Below are positions 31,813 to 41,411 of a stretch of 64,000 bases of DNA, one piece after another. The notes under the pieces are model-generated. The model worked only from the letters and a program-made list of their open reading frames with translations, was not told where the DNA came from and did not search any database. A program made the translations under genes and the position numbers. The stretch lies in the NCBI GenBank assembly GCA_050633245.1, contig JBOEGD010000009.1:64001-128000 (forward strand), written 5' to 3'. Within the stretch, counting starts at the first letter, position 1; every line of letters begins with the position of its first letter. Source of the stretch: Calditrichia bacterium. GTDB taxonomy: Bacteria; Calditrichota; Calditrichia; RBG-13-44-9; J075.

Positions 31813-33298
31813 CTGCTTTAGACTCCTTTAAGATCGTGTTAAAGTGATCTAATGTGAGGGGCTCAAACCCTCTTGGCGCACTATTAATGTCTTTAATGAT
31901 CCCAAGCTCGATCAATCTAGCTAAATTAATCTTATTAGGAAACGTTTGAACATAAAGAAAATTAACTATAAACGGAGGATGTTTTTTATTGTAATACCAA
32001 TGCTTTAGAAGTTCCTCATCTGTAAAGACGCTTCGCTTTCTGCAAAGTTCTAAAAATCGTTTTTCTGATGAAATATTATCATACATACTATCAACAATAC
32101 CAAGTGTTGTAATGACACTTTTATAGTACCCACCTGTTCTGTAGAAAAGAATTAAATCTCCTCGATTAAGGTCTCTATTAAATGAGCGAGAGATATATAC
32201 TTTTTGTAATGCGTTTCTATGTGGCTCATTCTCTATATAGTCATCAGGAGTTTCATTCGTTAAGACTGAATCAGGCAATAATTCCGTATGATATCTAGGA
32301 TAAATTGGTACTATGTAATTTGTATTATTTCGAGAAACAAATGGAAAAATAAGTTTGGGATTAGTCATGTTAAATGTTGGCGAAAAATCCCTTATAAACA
32401 CCTTTTCTGTACCATTACGAGTATTTTTTGTTCCCCAAAACACAAAGCCCCAATCCTCAAATAATTTCATTAACCTAATTTGATCTTCCCGCTTGTCAAA
32501 AATTGTTACATATATCTCATCTACTTTATAATTCTGAGCATTATCAAAGACTATCTTTAAGAATCGCTCACCCAACTTATATCCATTTGAAGTGACTTTT
32601 AATGTACCAATTTTTAATCTCTTCTTTGGCCTGAATGCGGGTTCAATATCCCCATAGCCTTCATTTTTATCTTCAACTTTGAGATATAAAAAGGCCCCAA
32701 TAGCATTATCTGTGTCACAGACATAGCATATTTCTCCTTCTTTTCTATTAAACCATTTTTCAAATTCTTGGTAATCTGTTTTGAATGAATCAAAGAATTG
32801 GTCTTGTAGATTTACTTCACCAAAGTGTTTTTTTCTAACAGCTAGAACTTTGTAATCTTTTAAATCAGGATTTTCCGCTGTTACCTTTTCAAGGTATGAG
32901 TCTATTTTATAGACTTTTTCAGATATTCCTAGCCGATCTGCCTTAGAGTGAATACCCCTGTCTTCTGTAATGATTAGGTCAACCCTACCATTATAGAGCT
33001 CCTTAATCAGGTCAGTATCAAACTTATCATTTTCTGAATTGTCGTATTCTCGGATTTGAGTTATCGCTTCTGAGTCATCTGAGAGTGTTCTCAAGGACTC
33101 ATAATTTTGTATCTTTATTGCCATCGTCTTTATAACAGACTCATTGGCGTGTCGCCTAATTTCAGTCATGGTATTTGGATGAACAATTTTAGTTGCACCC
33201 GTTTTATCAAGCCAATTAAATAATAAGCCTATATCTTGGTTTACTACAGTAACCGCTTCACGATGAATAATGATGTTTGTATCTAGTAGAATCCGCAT
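31790..33298 (-). CDS. PIN-GNAT-PUA(EVE/ASCH-like) fusion protein
   Basis: PIN: ILLDTNIII...LIITED; GNAT: LKIGTLKV...GYKLGERF...IYVT; C-terminal PUA-like IVPIYPRYH...KVYIS...GDLILFYRT. Confidence 0.82.
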   Translation of the reverse strand: MRILLDTNIIIHREAVTVVNQDIGLLFNWLDKTGATKIVHPNTMTEIRRHANESVIKTMAIKIQNYESLRTLSDDSEAITQIREYDNSENDKFDTDLIKELYNGRVDLIITEDRGIHSKADRLGISEKVYKIDSYLEKVTAENPDLKDYKVLAVRKKHFGEVNLQDQFFDSFKTDYQEFEKWFNRKEGEICYVCDTDNAIGAFLYLKVEDKNEGYGDIEPAFRPKKRLKIGTLKVTSNGYKLGERFLKIVFDNAQNYKVDEIYVTIFDKREDQIRLMKLFEDWGFVFWGTKNTRNGTEKVFIRDFSPTFNMTNPKLIFPFVSRNNTNYIVPIYPRYHTELLPDSVLTNETPDDYIENEPHRNALQKVYISRSFNRDLNRGDLILFYRTGGYYKSVITTLGIVDSMYDNISSEKRFLELCRKRSVFTDEELLKHWYYNKKHPPFIVNFLYVQTFPNKINLARLIELGIIKDINSAPRGFEPLTLDHFNTILKESKADESYFID

Positions 33299-33413
33299 GC
33301 TGACTCCTTTGCAATAGAGAATTAGGGGTTAGTCTCTAAAAACTTTTCCAGCATATAAAGGGGAGTAACTAATGATACTTGCACCGCCCACTGAATGCAA
33401 CTTGATTTCTAAC

Positions 33414-33813
33414 TCAATACACTGCAGCTACTAAACATGTAATAATCCCAAACACCATGAGCAGAAAATACGGTAAGCTGTGAGAAATGTAATTTCGCGT
33501 ATAGACTCCCATTCCAAGTTCTTCTTCAAGCTCGTTCATGTTTTTAACGGTTCTGGAGTAACCTTCATAGGCACCGAACAAGCACCACAGAAGGATAATG
33601 CCTAATATAATTAATGCAATGAATAACGTCAGAAAGATGAAAATTTGTTTTGTTACCGGTTGTGGCTGATAAACTGATAGCAATTGTAGCTAGGTAAGTC
33701 AGGGGTAATTGCCACATACGATTACCATGAACGTTGAGGCGTGATTGAAGCGTTGAGAATTGTTGTCGCTTTGATTCAATTTGCCTTTGCTTCTTCATTT
33801 TAGTCAGCTCCAA
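33414..33813 (-). pseudogene. Frameshifted small multi-TM membrane protein
   Basis: ORFs 33565-33813 and 33414-33683 overlap in different frames and join into one plausible protein (…MWQLPLTYLATIAI… / …LFIALIILGIILLWC…LEEELG…TM) with a shift near 33630. Confidence 0.5.
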
Positions 33814-33859
33814 TTGATTAGCATATATTTGCTTCGATTATGATATTGGAATCGTATAA

Positions 33860-34369
33860 TTAGAACATCGCTATAATACCAGAATAAATAACATTAACTA
33901 TAAGGAAAAAAGAGAGAAAGATTACTCCACGTAAAACGAACTGGTAAATCGTTCTTCTGATAAGTGCCTCTAAATGCCAATAGTCTGCCAAATCTTCGAT
34001 GTCATTTACTAATGGACGATATGGTGGACCCAAGATGTCGACACATCTGAGAAGAAGGGTTGCTAAAGCCGCATATAGAACAAACTCAATAACAAAAAAG
34101 ATTTTCGCTGGTCCACCAATATTTATTAGAATGCCCAGAACAGCTAGAATTATAGAGGTGTGGCTAAGTAGTGCAGAACTTTTACTATCGATTACTCCCA
34201 TATCATAGACAGCACCACCTGTGTCGGTATCGCCAGATCGCCTGGCCTTCACATACATTTTATTATCTGCGGCTTCGAGCTTCCAAACTTTGACTACAAG
34301 CTTATCAAACCACTTGATCAAAGGGATGTTGAGCATAAAACACCTCCAAGTTGTAGAGGGGAAAATCAA
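33860..34369 (-). CDS. Small 3-TM membrane protein, Pycsar-effector-like (tentative); likely start ~34336
   Basis: IDSKSSALL followed by two TMs, a loop and a C-terminal TM; GGAGG RBS before MLNIP. Confidence 0.5.
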   Translation of the reverse strand: MIFPSTTWRCFMLNIPLIKWFDKLVVKVWKLEAADNKMYVKARRSGDTDTGGAVYDMGVIDSKSSALLSHTSIILAVLGILINIGGPAKIFFVIEFVLYAALATLLLRCVDILGPPYRPLVNDIEDLADYWHLEALIRRTIYQFVLRGVIFLSFFLIVNVIYSGIIAMF

Positions 34370-34451
34370 ATTTCATCCAGGGGAGTATTTTCGGGGGAAT
34401 TGTATAATTATACGGCTTGAAGAGCCAAGAGTTCCAATTCGATGGTATCTA

Positions 34452-35585
34452 CTACAACCTCCCCACCGGCGGCCGCTCTCTGGCCCCATCATCAGCCCGC
34501 AGCGCCTTGATAACCCGCTCCACCTGCGCCTCAAAGATCCTCTCATCCTTCTCCCACCCTCTGAAATCTGCCGCCAACCTCGAGCGCACCTGCGTCTTCT
34601 TTGCACTCTGCCACCCGTCTCCCAAGTAACCATCCAAGTCCAGTGGAATCAGTGAGAGCACCTTCTTCTTGCGCTCTCTAAACAGTTTCTGCTCCTTATT
34701 AAAGGCCGTCTCGATCTCATTGTCCACCCACCAGCTGGTCAGCGACTGCTCAGTGCAGCAAAGAAGAACCTTGTCCCAGCCCCGGATACCTCGATCGACC
34801 TGCTCAAAGATATCATCCCCTGGCAGCATCTGCTTCTCATCCAGCCAGCAGCGGATGCCTTTATCCTGGAGAGTGTTGTGCAGCCGGCGGGCGAAGTCTT
34901 TATTAGCATGGCTGTAGCTGATGAAGCATGAGTAGAATTGGATGGGGTAATCGTTGAGAATGTGATCAATCTTGTAGAGAATATCGGTGACTAGGTTTCT
35001 AGTGAGGTTTTTTTGATATAGCTTTGTTGCTTCAATTTCCCAATCCGAAAGGCCGCAGCCTCTAAGGAATTCTAGTGGAAGTGGACCACTGCGAGAAAGT
35101 GTTCTAAGGTCCAATGTGCACGGTCCAGTAAATTTACAGTGCTCAAGGTTTAAAGCCTTGCTAAGGTCAATGTCGCTAAATACTGTTTCATCTAGATTTG
35201 CATCACGCATATCTACAAAATCTAAGACTGTTTTAGAGAAAATCACACTCTCAAGGTTAGCATAAGTGAGATTTGATTGACTTAAATCAGCTGACTCGAA
35301 GTTAGCACCGGAAAACTTTGCTCCACTAAGGTTTGCATTTATACATTTTATAATCCTAAGATTAGCATCAACAAGAAAGGCCTGACTTAGATCAGCTCCA
35401 ATGAGGATTGCTCGAGGTATATCGGCTTGAATTAAATCTGCCCTGGAAAGGTTCGCCCCTTCAAGATTAACCCCGGTGAATTCAATTCTCCTCAAATCCG
35501 GCTTGACAATTGGTTCTTGAGATCGCCACTTATTCCAAACCTCAACACCCTGCTTCAGAATGTCCACGTGTTTTGGATTCGCCAT
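34452..35585 (-). CDS. Pentapeptide-repeat plus TIR domain protein (copy 1)
   Basis: A(N/D)LS repeats; TIR box CFISYSH...[11 protein letters not shown]...SWWVDNEI (putative catalytic Glu). Confidence 0.9.
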   Translation of the reverse strand: MANPKHVDILKQGVEVWNKWRSQEPIVKPDLRRIEFTGVNLEGANLSRADLIQADIPRAILIGADLSQAFLVDANLRIIKCINANLSGAKFSGANFESADLSQSNLTYANLESVIFSKTVLDFVDMRDANLDETVFSDIDLSKALNLEHCKFTGPCTLDLRTLSRSGPLPLEFLRGCGLSDWEIEATKLYQKNLTRNLVTDILYKIDHILNDYPIQFYSCFISYSHANKDFARRLHNTLQDKGIRCWLDEKQMLPGDDIFEQVDRGIRGWDKVLLCCTEQSLTSWWVDNEIETAFNKEQKLFRERKKKVLSLIPLDLDGYLGDGWQSAKKTQVRSRLAADFRGWEKDERIFEAQVERVIKALRADDGARERPPVGRL

Positions 35586-35743
35586 ACGCTGTTCCTTAGG
35601 GGAGTAATGTGATTGGATATCCTAATTATGAGGCGGGCTGGACTAAATGCAAATTATTTTTCGAAAGAAATTCATAATATTTCGATTTACCTATAATTGT
35701 CAGGTAAAGAGGAAAACATATAAATGACCGCCAAAAGAGCTTT

Positions 35744-36142
35744 TTGGGATTAGGGAAATACAGGGTTATTTTTTACTCATCAATTGTAGTGAGGTTACTA
35801 ATTTTAGCCCCGTCAGATGATGAATATAATACGGCAAAACCCATTGATCCAGAAATTAGAGAATTGCAAGAAAAGAAGAAGAAAAAGGAAGCTGAATATA
35901 AATCTAAGCTTTCTGAACATGATCGTGGCGCTATTGACAAGCTAAAAGAAGATAAAGTGTTTAAGAATATGGTTCGCCTGGCGTTTATCCTCCCGATTCT
36001 TGATGCAATTTTCGCTGGTTATACTACCAGAAAATTAGGTTGGTTATCCGAAGGTATACTAGAATCGGTAAAGATAATTCTTGAAATTATTCCAGGTAGC
36101 CGGGAGGTCGCTATGGGGCGAGAGCCCCTGTCCCCGAATTAA
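35744..36142 (+). CDS. Hypothetical protein (possibly a 3' fragment)
   Basis: 132-aa ORF with a weak TTG start, closely followed by an RBS-led membrane ORF. Confidence 0.35.
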   Translation: MGLGKYRVIFYSSIVVRLLILAPSDDEYNTAKPIDPEIRELQEKKKKKEAEYKSKLSEHDRGAIDKLKEDKVFKNMVRLAFILPILDAIFAGYTTRKLGWLSEGILESVKIILEIIPGSREVAMGREPLSPN

Positions 36143-36163
36143 CCTGATTAGGAAGGTGACATT

Positions 36164-36433
36164 ATGAGTGCAGAGCAAGAGATTAGTATTAGGCAGGCTT
36201 TGAAGATTGCATTACTTATGATCATGGTGTTCTTCTATGCGGTATTGTTCGTTGCTCTCTTTGCAGCAATAACACGAGACATCATTGCCATACAATACGC
36301 AGAATGGTCTTCTTTGATTTTTGGAGGAGCGATTGCAATTGTGTTTTTTCGCAATAAGGGTAGAGTGTTTTACATTATAGCAGCAGGGCTCTGGGTAATT
36401 CTTTACATACTCCTAGAAGTTTTTTATTCCTAA
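36164..36433 (+). CDS. Small 3-TM hypothetical membrane protein
   Basis: GGAAGG RBS, three hydrophobic segments. Confidence 0.55.
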   Translation: MSAEQEISIRQALKIALLMIMVFFYAVLFVALFAAITRDIIAIQYAEWSSLIFGGAIAIVFFRNKGRVFYIIAAGLWVILYILLEVFYS

Positions 36434-36531
36434 AATCAGACCCTAGCGACGCTAACCGCCTCAATTCCCCTTGCATATTTCCTCACTCCTTCGTTTTTTA
36501 TATCACTCCCCCTCACTAAACCGGAATAGCT

Positions 36532-37602
36532 ATGTCCGAGAAGAAACCACCCAGCGAGACAGATCAGCTCCGAGAAGAACTTGAGGTGCAACAGGCTGAA
36601 CTCAAGAAGCTCAAAGAGCAACTCCAAGATCAGAAGAAGCAGCTGATCCAACAAGATCATCGTCCGCTTACTGTGCTTAAGAATTTAGTGGTTTCCCACA
36701 TGAATGAAGGTGCAAAGGACACTCGAGAGGCTTCCATAATGGCCGCCGGTAGTTTAGTTTATCGAAAACTTGCACAGCGAACGCGAGTAATTATTGGCGC
36801 AGGCCTAGTTGGAACTCTCATCGGCTTGGGTACTTTGTATGTCACCTGGTCAACACTTACCGAGCTGAAATCCCAGAATCAAGAGTTTATTAAGCAAAAT
36901 GAGTTGGTCACAAGCCAGAATAAGCTGTTTCAGCAGCAGATGGTCGATCAACAACGCTCAACCAATGCGCAGTTGCTTTCGGATATTCTTGCTGAAATTG
37001 AGGATGCAGAACGTGAGGTGAAAAAGACTATAAGGAATTTAGATGGGTATTGGAAACCTAGTCGCCAGCTCTTGTATCGAATTCACACTTCCGCGAGAGC
37101 CTTTGAAACAAATCATCAAGGTTCATATAATTATGAACGCGGTCAGCTATTGCAGGCGCTGGTAGATGCTAGAGTAAGATTTCCCCTTAGACCTAATCCA
37201 CTCTTTCGTAACGCAGATTTAAGGTTGGCTGATCTGAGAAATGCTAGCCTCTCATCCGTAGATCTACCTTATGCAAATCTACAGAAGTCACGACTTGATA
37301 ATACTGATCTAAGTCATTCAATGCTATCAGGGAGCGACTTAAGAATTGTTAATTTCTCTGGAGCAAATTTAATGCACGCTAACCTGTCAGGAGCTGATCT
37401 TGGAGAGGCTTATTTCTATGCTACAGATTTGCGAAACGTTCGTGGTCTTAAAGTTGAACAATTATCTAGAGCTGCAACACTTTATTTGGCACAGATTAGT
37501 GATACAATGTTATTGAATCCATTAAGAAAGTACTGGCCCAATTTGTTTTTGCACCCAGATTCCGTTACAGATTTTTCTCCTTGGTGGAAGAAACCTCAAT
37601 AA
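36532..37602 (+). CDS. Membrane-anchored pentapeptide-repeat protein with coiled coils
   Basis: N-terminal coiled coil, TM (IIGAGLVGTLIGLGTLYVTW), Q-rich coil, ADLR/ANLS repeats. Confidence 0.8.
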   Translation: MSEKKPPSETDQLREELEVQQAELKKLKEQLQDQKKQLIQQDHRPLTVLKNLVVSHMNEGAKDTREASIMAAGSLVYRKLAQRTRVIIGAGLVGTLIGLGTLYVTWSTLTELKSQNQEFIKQNELVTSQNKLFQQQMVDQQRSTNAQLLSDILAEIEDAEREVKKTIRNLDGYWKPSRQLLYRIHTSARAFETNHQGSYNYERGQLLQALVDARVRFPLRPNPLFRNADLRLADLRNASLSSVDLPYANLQKSRLDNTDLSHSMLSGSDLRIVNFSGANLMHANLSGADLGEAYFYATDLRNVRGLKVEQLSRAATLYLAQISDTMLLNPLRKYWPNLFLHPDSVTDFSPWWKKPQ

Positions 37603-37945
37603 ACACTCCACCTCCCCACCTCCCACCCAATACACCCGGCAGCAATAATGTCATCCTTGATCTTTTTTCTGGCCCACGCCTGCCTTAGATGCGGCACACA
37701 CAAGTTTCGAAAGATCCTCTCGAAGAACAGATACTTGGTGCGCTTCCACTGCGCATTGGTCATGCCGGGTCTTCTCTTTGCCGGATAGAGTTTCCCTTTG
37801 CAACACTTCACTGGCTACCTCGACAACCGGAATACCCGCATCCTCAGCGTAGATTTTAACCCGCGTTGCCACTTCCTCGAGAACTTTTAGCGTCTTGACA
37901 TTGCGTTCCAGGTGCCTATGTTCGATCGCAATGGCTTGCTCTCTG
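37596..37945 (-). pseudogene. RuvC-like (phage-type) Holliday junction resolvase remnant
   Basis: Joined frames read IAIEHRHLERNVKTLKVL...AGIPVVEVA.../...KDDIIAAGCIG, matching the RuvC E and D-x2-D(A) motifs; N-terminus missing. Confidence 0.45.
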
Positions 37946-38052
37946 CAAGAAGGGCTGGAAGGTTTTATTGTGACAATTAGTTTTAGAAAGGGGTATGCTT
38001 ACTACGACATTGATTATCGAAATGAGCATACCAACCAGCTTAAGAACCCAGG

Positions 38053-40182
38053 CTATGTATATTGCTCAAATGGCCCCATACTGTTCAAGAAGTCATCAAA
38101 GTTACTCTCCAGTTGAGAATCAGATTTTCTAATCACAGCTTTATCTGTAATAATCAGGTCGATTAAATCTGGTTTAGATAAATATGTATTCTCTAGTTTA
38201 TCCTGATAAAATTCTGGCAATTGAGTTAAGCTTGGGTAATTCTTGTATGACTCACCAACAACAACGACAAATACCTCACTTCCATTTTCCTGCGCAAAGT
38301 TCTTCAAGGATCGCAACCTGCTAGCATCTCTTGGTGGATGAAATACCCAACGGTCATTGTCAAAACCTTCTGCACCTATAACAACCATAATTTTAGTATT
38401 CGTTAGTACATTCTTGTTATCTGGAAAAGCATCTTTTAGATCAGGTAGAGAGTAGTCTTCTTTTAATTCAAACATCATTAAACGCGCTTCAAATGATTCC
38501 TGGTCGTCTGACTTCATGACAAACAGCTTAGGGGGTATTCTCTTGTTAATTGATTCTGCGTCTTTAAAGACCACGGTCTTAAGCATTTCTAACACTGTTT
38601 TGCTATATCCATGAGTAACCAAAACTTTATCGTTTTTATCTTCCTGCTTCTCAATAGAGCTCAGCCAGGAAGAATACTCTTGAGAGAATTTCTCGACAAT
38701 CCTCTTTCTATTTATATTTATAACCACATTGGTGCTACCGTAAAGCTCTGAAAGAAGCGTTAGCTCATTTGTAGCTCGTTCTTTGTTTATGTCAAATATA
38801 TTGGGAATAGAATTGTCCTGAATCCTTTCCAATAAGGTTCTTGTAGTCCTTAGCTTCGTATTATCTGTTTCAGTTGCACAGAGCCTGAGCGCAGCGACAT
38901 GTAAATCAAAGCCGATGTAGGCTTTTTGTTTATGAAATAGGTAGCGTAGTTGCTCAGAGACTATTGCAAAGACATTATACTTCTCTTGTTCCACCCTTTC
39001 AGTCATTGCTTGATTTGCAACAAACGAAATGGCTCGAACATAGTTAATTAATGAGCTTGAAGCCGACGCATTCGGAATAAAGTCTAATATATAGTTATTA
39101 AGATCCGAATATTTTAAAACCTGCAGCTGGAAAGAGGTTCTGCTTCGAATTTTCTCATGGTCTCTATTGTTTTTGCGAAGAAGCTTTACTATGCTCTCTT
39201 CAAATATTTCCTCTCCGTAGTCACCACGAATTCCATGCAGAAGTATTCTCCAGTTTTCAATATATTTCTCCATACGATTCTTATACATATCTGGACTAAA
39301 CTGAATAATATGATCGCAAAATCTACGAATTGGGATTCCACATTCATCTGCAGCAAAACATTTCATAATCTTCAAACGCTGAATGGAGCTATGACTTTTA
39401 CGGGAAAGCTTGTCCAGCTTTTCCACCGCTGCCAAAATTAGTTTTCGCTCTTCGACTAAAAATTGCAAAAGCTCTGTCCTGGATTTTGCTTTCAGCAATT
39501 TCTGATTAGCAACATTTTGTAAGAAAAGTGTATTTCTGTCTTCCAGAAACGAATTGCCAAGTTTCCATATCTCGTAACTTATTATTTCAAGAATCTCTGA
39601 CTTAGCCCACCCCCTGATTGTTGTCTTGGCATATTCTTCAGGAGAGACTCTCCCAAGAAGGCGCAAGGTGCAAAATGTAGCACCGAGCAAAATTGAAAAA
39701 AGTAAAGATACGGCTATTAGAGCGCTCGCAAATAAACTTGAGTCCAGCGCATTTAACAAAAAGCTATAGAGTGGAATAAACGCTATGATGATAGTGGCTG
39801 CTGCAATAAATGTGATGGTATTACCCAGAGCCAAAGCTCGGATCATTTGCTGAGATCGGATTTTTAATATCCAGGATAAACTTGGGCGAAAATATTCTGA
39901 AGGCATTGCTATTCTTTGCTGAGAACTCGGTCGATTTTTAAATCGATTCCAAGCTGCTTCAATATCTGTATCCGGATCATTGTTCACAGGATTGGTAATT
40001 GCACCAAACAAAATCTCCCCCGACATTTGTTCCTCATAAGCGCATATCAATTCCGCCTTATATTCAGGATACTTTGCTAAATAGTCCTTAATATCGGGAT
40101 TATCTCCGTTGAGTTTTCTAACTGCAATACCATCCAAAACTTCAGTAATCAAGTTTTCAACTTCTAATTTACTATCACTCAT
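38053..40182 (-). CDS. 2-TM protein with N-terminal anti-sigma-like helical motif and C-terminal eIF2B/IF-2B-like domain
   Basis: C-terminus VLVTHGYSKTV...VVIGAEG...VVGESYK...PDLIDLIITD parallels the IF-2B family order; ATGA overlap with the sigma gene. Confidence 0.7.
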   Translation of the reverse strand: MSDSKLEVENLITEVLDGIAVRKLNGDNPDIKDYLAKYPEYKAELICAYEEQMSGEILFGAITNPVNNDPDTDIEAAWNRFKNRPSSQQRIAMPSEYFRPSLSWILKIRSQQMIRALALGNTITFIAAATIIIAFIPLYSFLLNALDSSLFASALIAVSLLFSILLGATFCTLRLLGRVSPEEYAKTTIRGWAKSEILEIISYEIWKLGNSFLEDRNTLFLQNVANQKLLKAKSRTELLQFLVEERKLILAAVEKLDKLSRKSHSSIQRLKIMKCFAADECGIPIRRFCDHIIQFSPDMYKNRMEKYIENWRILLHGIRGDYGEEIFEESIVKLLRKNNRDHEKIRSRTSFQLQVLKYSDLNNYILDFIPNASASSSLINYVRAISFVANQAMTERVEQEKYNVFAIVSEQLRYLFHKQKAYIGFDLHVAALRLCATETDNTKLRTTRTLLERIQDNSIPNIFDINKERATNELTLLSELYGSTNVVININRKRIVEKFSQEYSSWLSSIEKQEDKNDKVLVTHGYSKTVLEMLKTVVFKDAESINKRIPPKLFVMKSDDQESFEARLMMFELKEDYSLPDLKDAFPDNKNVLTNTKIMVVIGAEGFDNDRWVFHPPRDASRLRSLKNFAQENGSEVFVVVVGESYKNYPSLTQLPEFYQDKLENTYLSKPDLIDLIITDKAVIRKSDSQLESNFDDFLNSMGPFEQYT

Positions 40183-41126
40183 GTCAACTCCCTATTGAAA
40201 GATAGGTTCGTTAATGATGCAAGTTCGCTGACGATTAATTGCCTACTTTGCGAGGCGGCAATTTTGTTGCCGGCTATTTCTCTATATGTCCTTTTACTCT
40301 GAAAACGTTGCTGAATTAGTTTCGCCTTTCTTGGGCTTGTTCTTGCGAGAATCTTCGCCAAAATCATTTTGTCCTGTTCATCGAACCACTTAAACCTATA
40401 TCCTTCTTCAACGATTATTGAATGCAGATACGGGCCTAGTTTTTCCCCTAATGGGTGGTGGGCAATAAACTCTTTTATAGATGGGGGTTTGCCAGCCTGC
40501 TTCCTTTCACAAAAACTATCAAGGGTATCGGTTATAATGAAATCACCGATTTTCTTAAGACATCTTGCATTTCGCTTGCGTAATCTAACTGCTCCATTCA
40601 AGTCACCTATCTTTTTTGCAATCTCATTGTAGGGTAAACCATGTAAAAATCGTAGCTCAATAAGCTCTGAATCCTCGGGTGAAACAACCCTTGTTATATA
40701 ATCCCAGGCTTCATTCTCAATGAGTTTGATATCTATTGATTTTTCAAACCCTCCAATGTCTTCAATAAGTGGTATTTTCGTGAGTGAGTTCTTCATCTTG
40801 GGATATATTGATGAGAACGGCTTCGGTAAGCGATTATTGAGGTTAAAGTAATCTACACATTTGTTGCGGGCGATCTTGAACAACCATCTTTCAAATGACG
40901 CCCTTATTTGATCTTCTGTATCTTTTTGGTGCGGAGTAAAGGTTGCTATGTTAATAAAGGCCGCAATAAGCACATCCTGGGAAACATCTTCAACTATAGC
41001 TATTGGAATACCCAGATATCTTACAAAGTTGTTTAACCTCTTATAATAATGTTTAAAGAGAATCTCTTTGCTCTTTACATTGCCTCTTCGACAGCCTTCC
41101 AATATTGAGCTAAAGCCTAGTCCCAT
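40179..41126 (-). CDS. ECF sigma factor with ~120-aa C-terminal extension
   Basis: VEDVSQDVLI...WLFKIARNKCVD (region 2); LIELRFLHGLPYNEIA (region 4); extension ending in a second region-4-like LIQQRFQSKRTYREIA; AGGAGG RBS. Confidence 0.82.
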   Translation of the reverse strand: MGLGFSSILEGCRRGNVKSKEILFKHYYKRLNNFVRYLGIPIAIVEDVSQDVLIAAFINIATFTPHQKDTEDQIRASFERWLFKIARNKCVDYFNLNNRLPKPFSSIYPKMKNSLTKIPLIEDIGGFEKSIDIKLIENEAWDYITRVVSPEDSELIELRFLHGLPYNEIAKKIGDLNGAVRLRKRNARCLKKIGDFIITDTLDSFCERKQAGKPPSIKEFIAHHPLGEKLGPYLHSIIVEEGYRFKWFDEQDKMILAKILARTSPRKAKLIQQRFQSKRTYREIAGNKIAASQSRQLIVSELASLTNLSFNRELT

Positions 41127-41272
41127 AGGAACCTCCTGTTAAACCCCAAACTGAAAAAGCGTCCTCCAAACTCCCTGTTTAAAGAATACCTGTTACCTCT
41201 AGATTTATATTATTTCATCCTGATCTATAATTGTGCGTGATGAAAGAGTTGATTACCCTAATTTTGGTTACT

Positions 41273-41378
41273 AACTGAAAAGAGGTCAGAAACGTGACAT
41301 ACTTTTGAAAAAAAGTGAGAAAAAATATCTCATCATGATCTCCCATTCTTCTGTCACATTCTTCTCCCCTTTAGGGTT
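41273..41378. promoter_or_regulatory. Back-to-back ECF-like promoters TGTCAC-N17-RGTT
   Basis: Minus strand: TGTCAC (41299-41294)-17 nt-AGTT towards the sigma gene. Plus strand: TGTCAC (41352-41357)-17 nt-GGTT towards 41412. Confidence 0.45.
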
Positions 41379-41411
41379 TATACAGTAAATAGCCCAATAA
41401 AGGAGATCTAT

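Noticed and set aside
38053-38800. Calling the 709-aa protein MtnA or ribose-1,5-bisphosphate isomerase
   Set aside because: The catalytic Cys (THC) and Asp (GAD) and the NKIGT motif are absent, and the protein is membrane-anchored.
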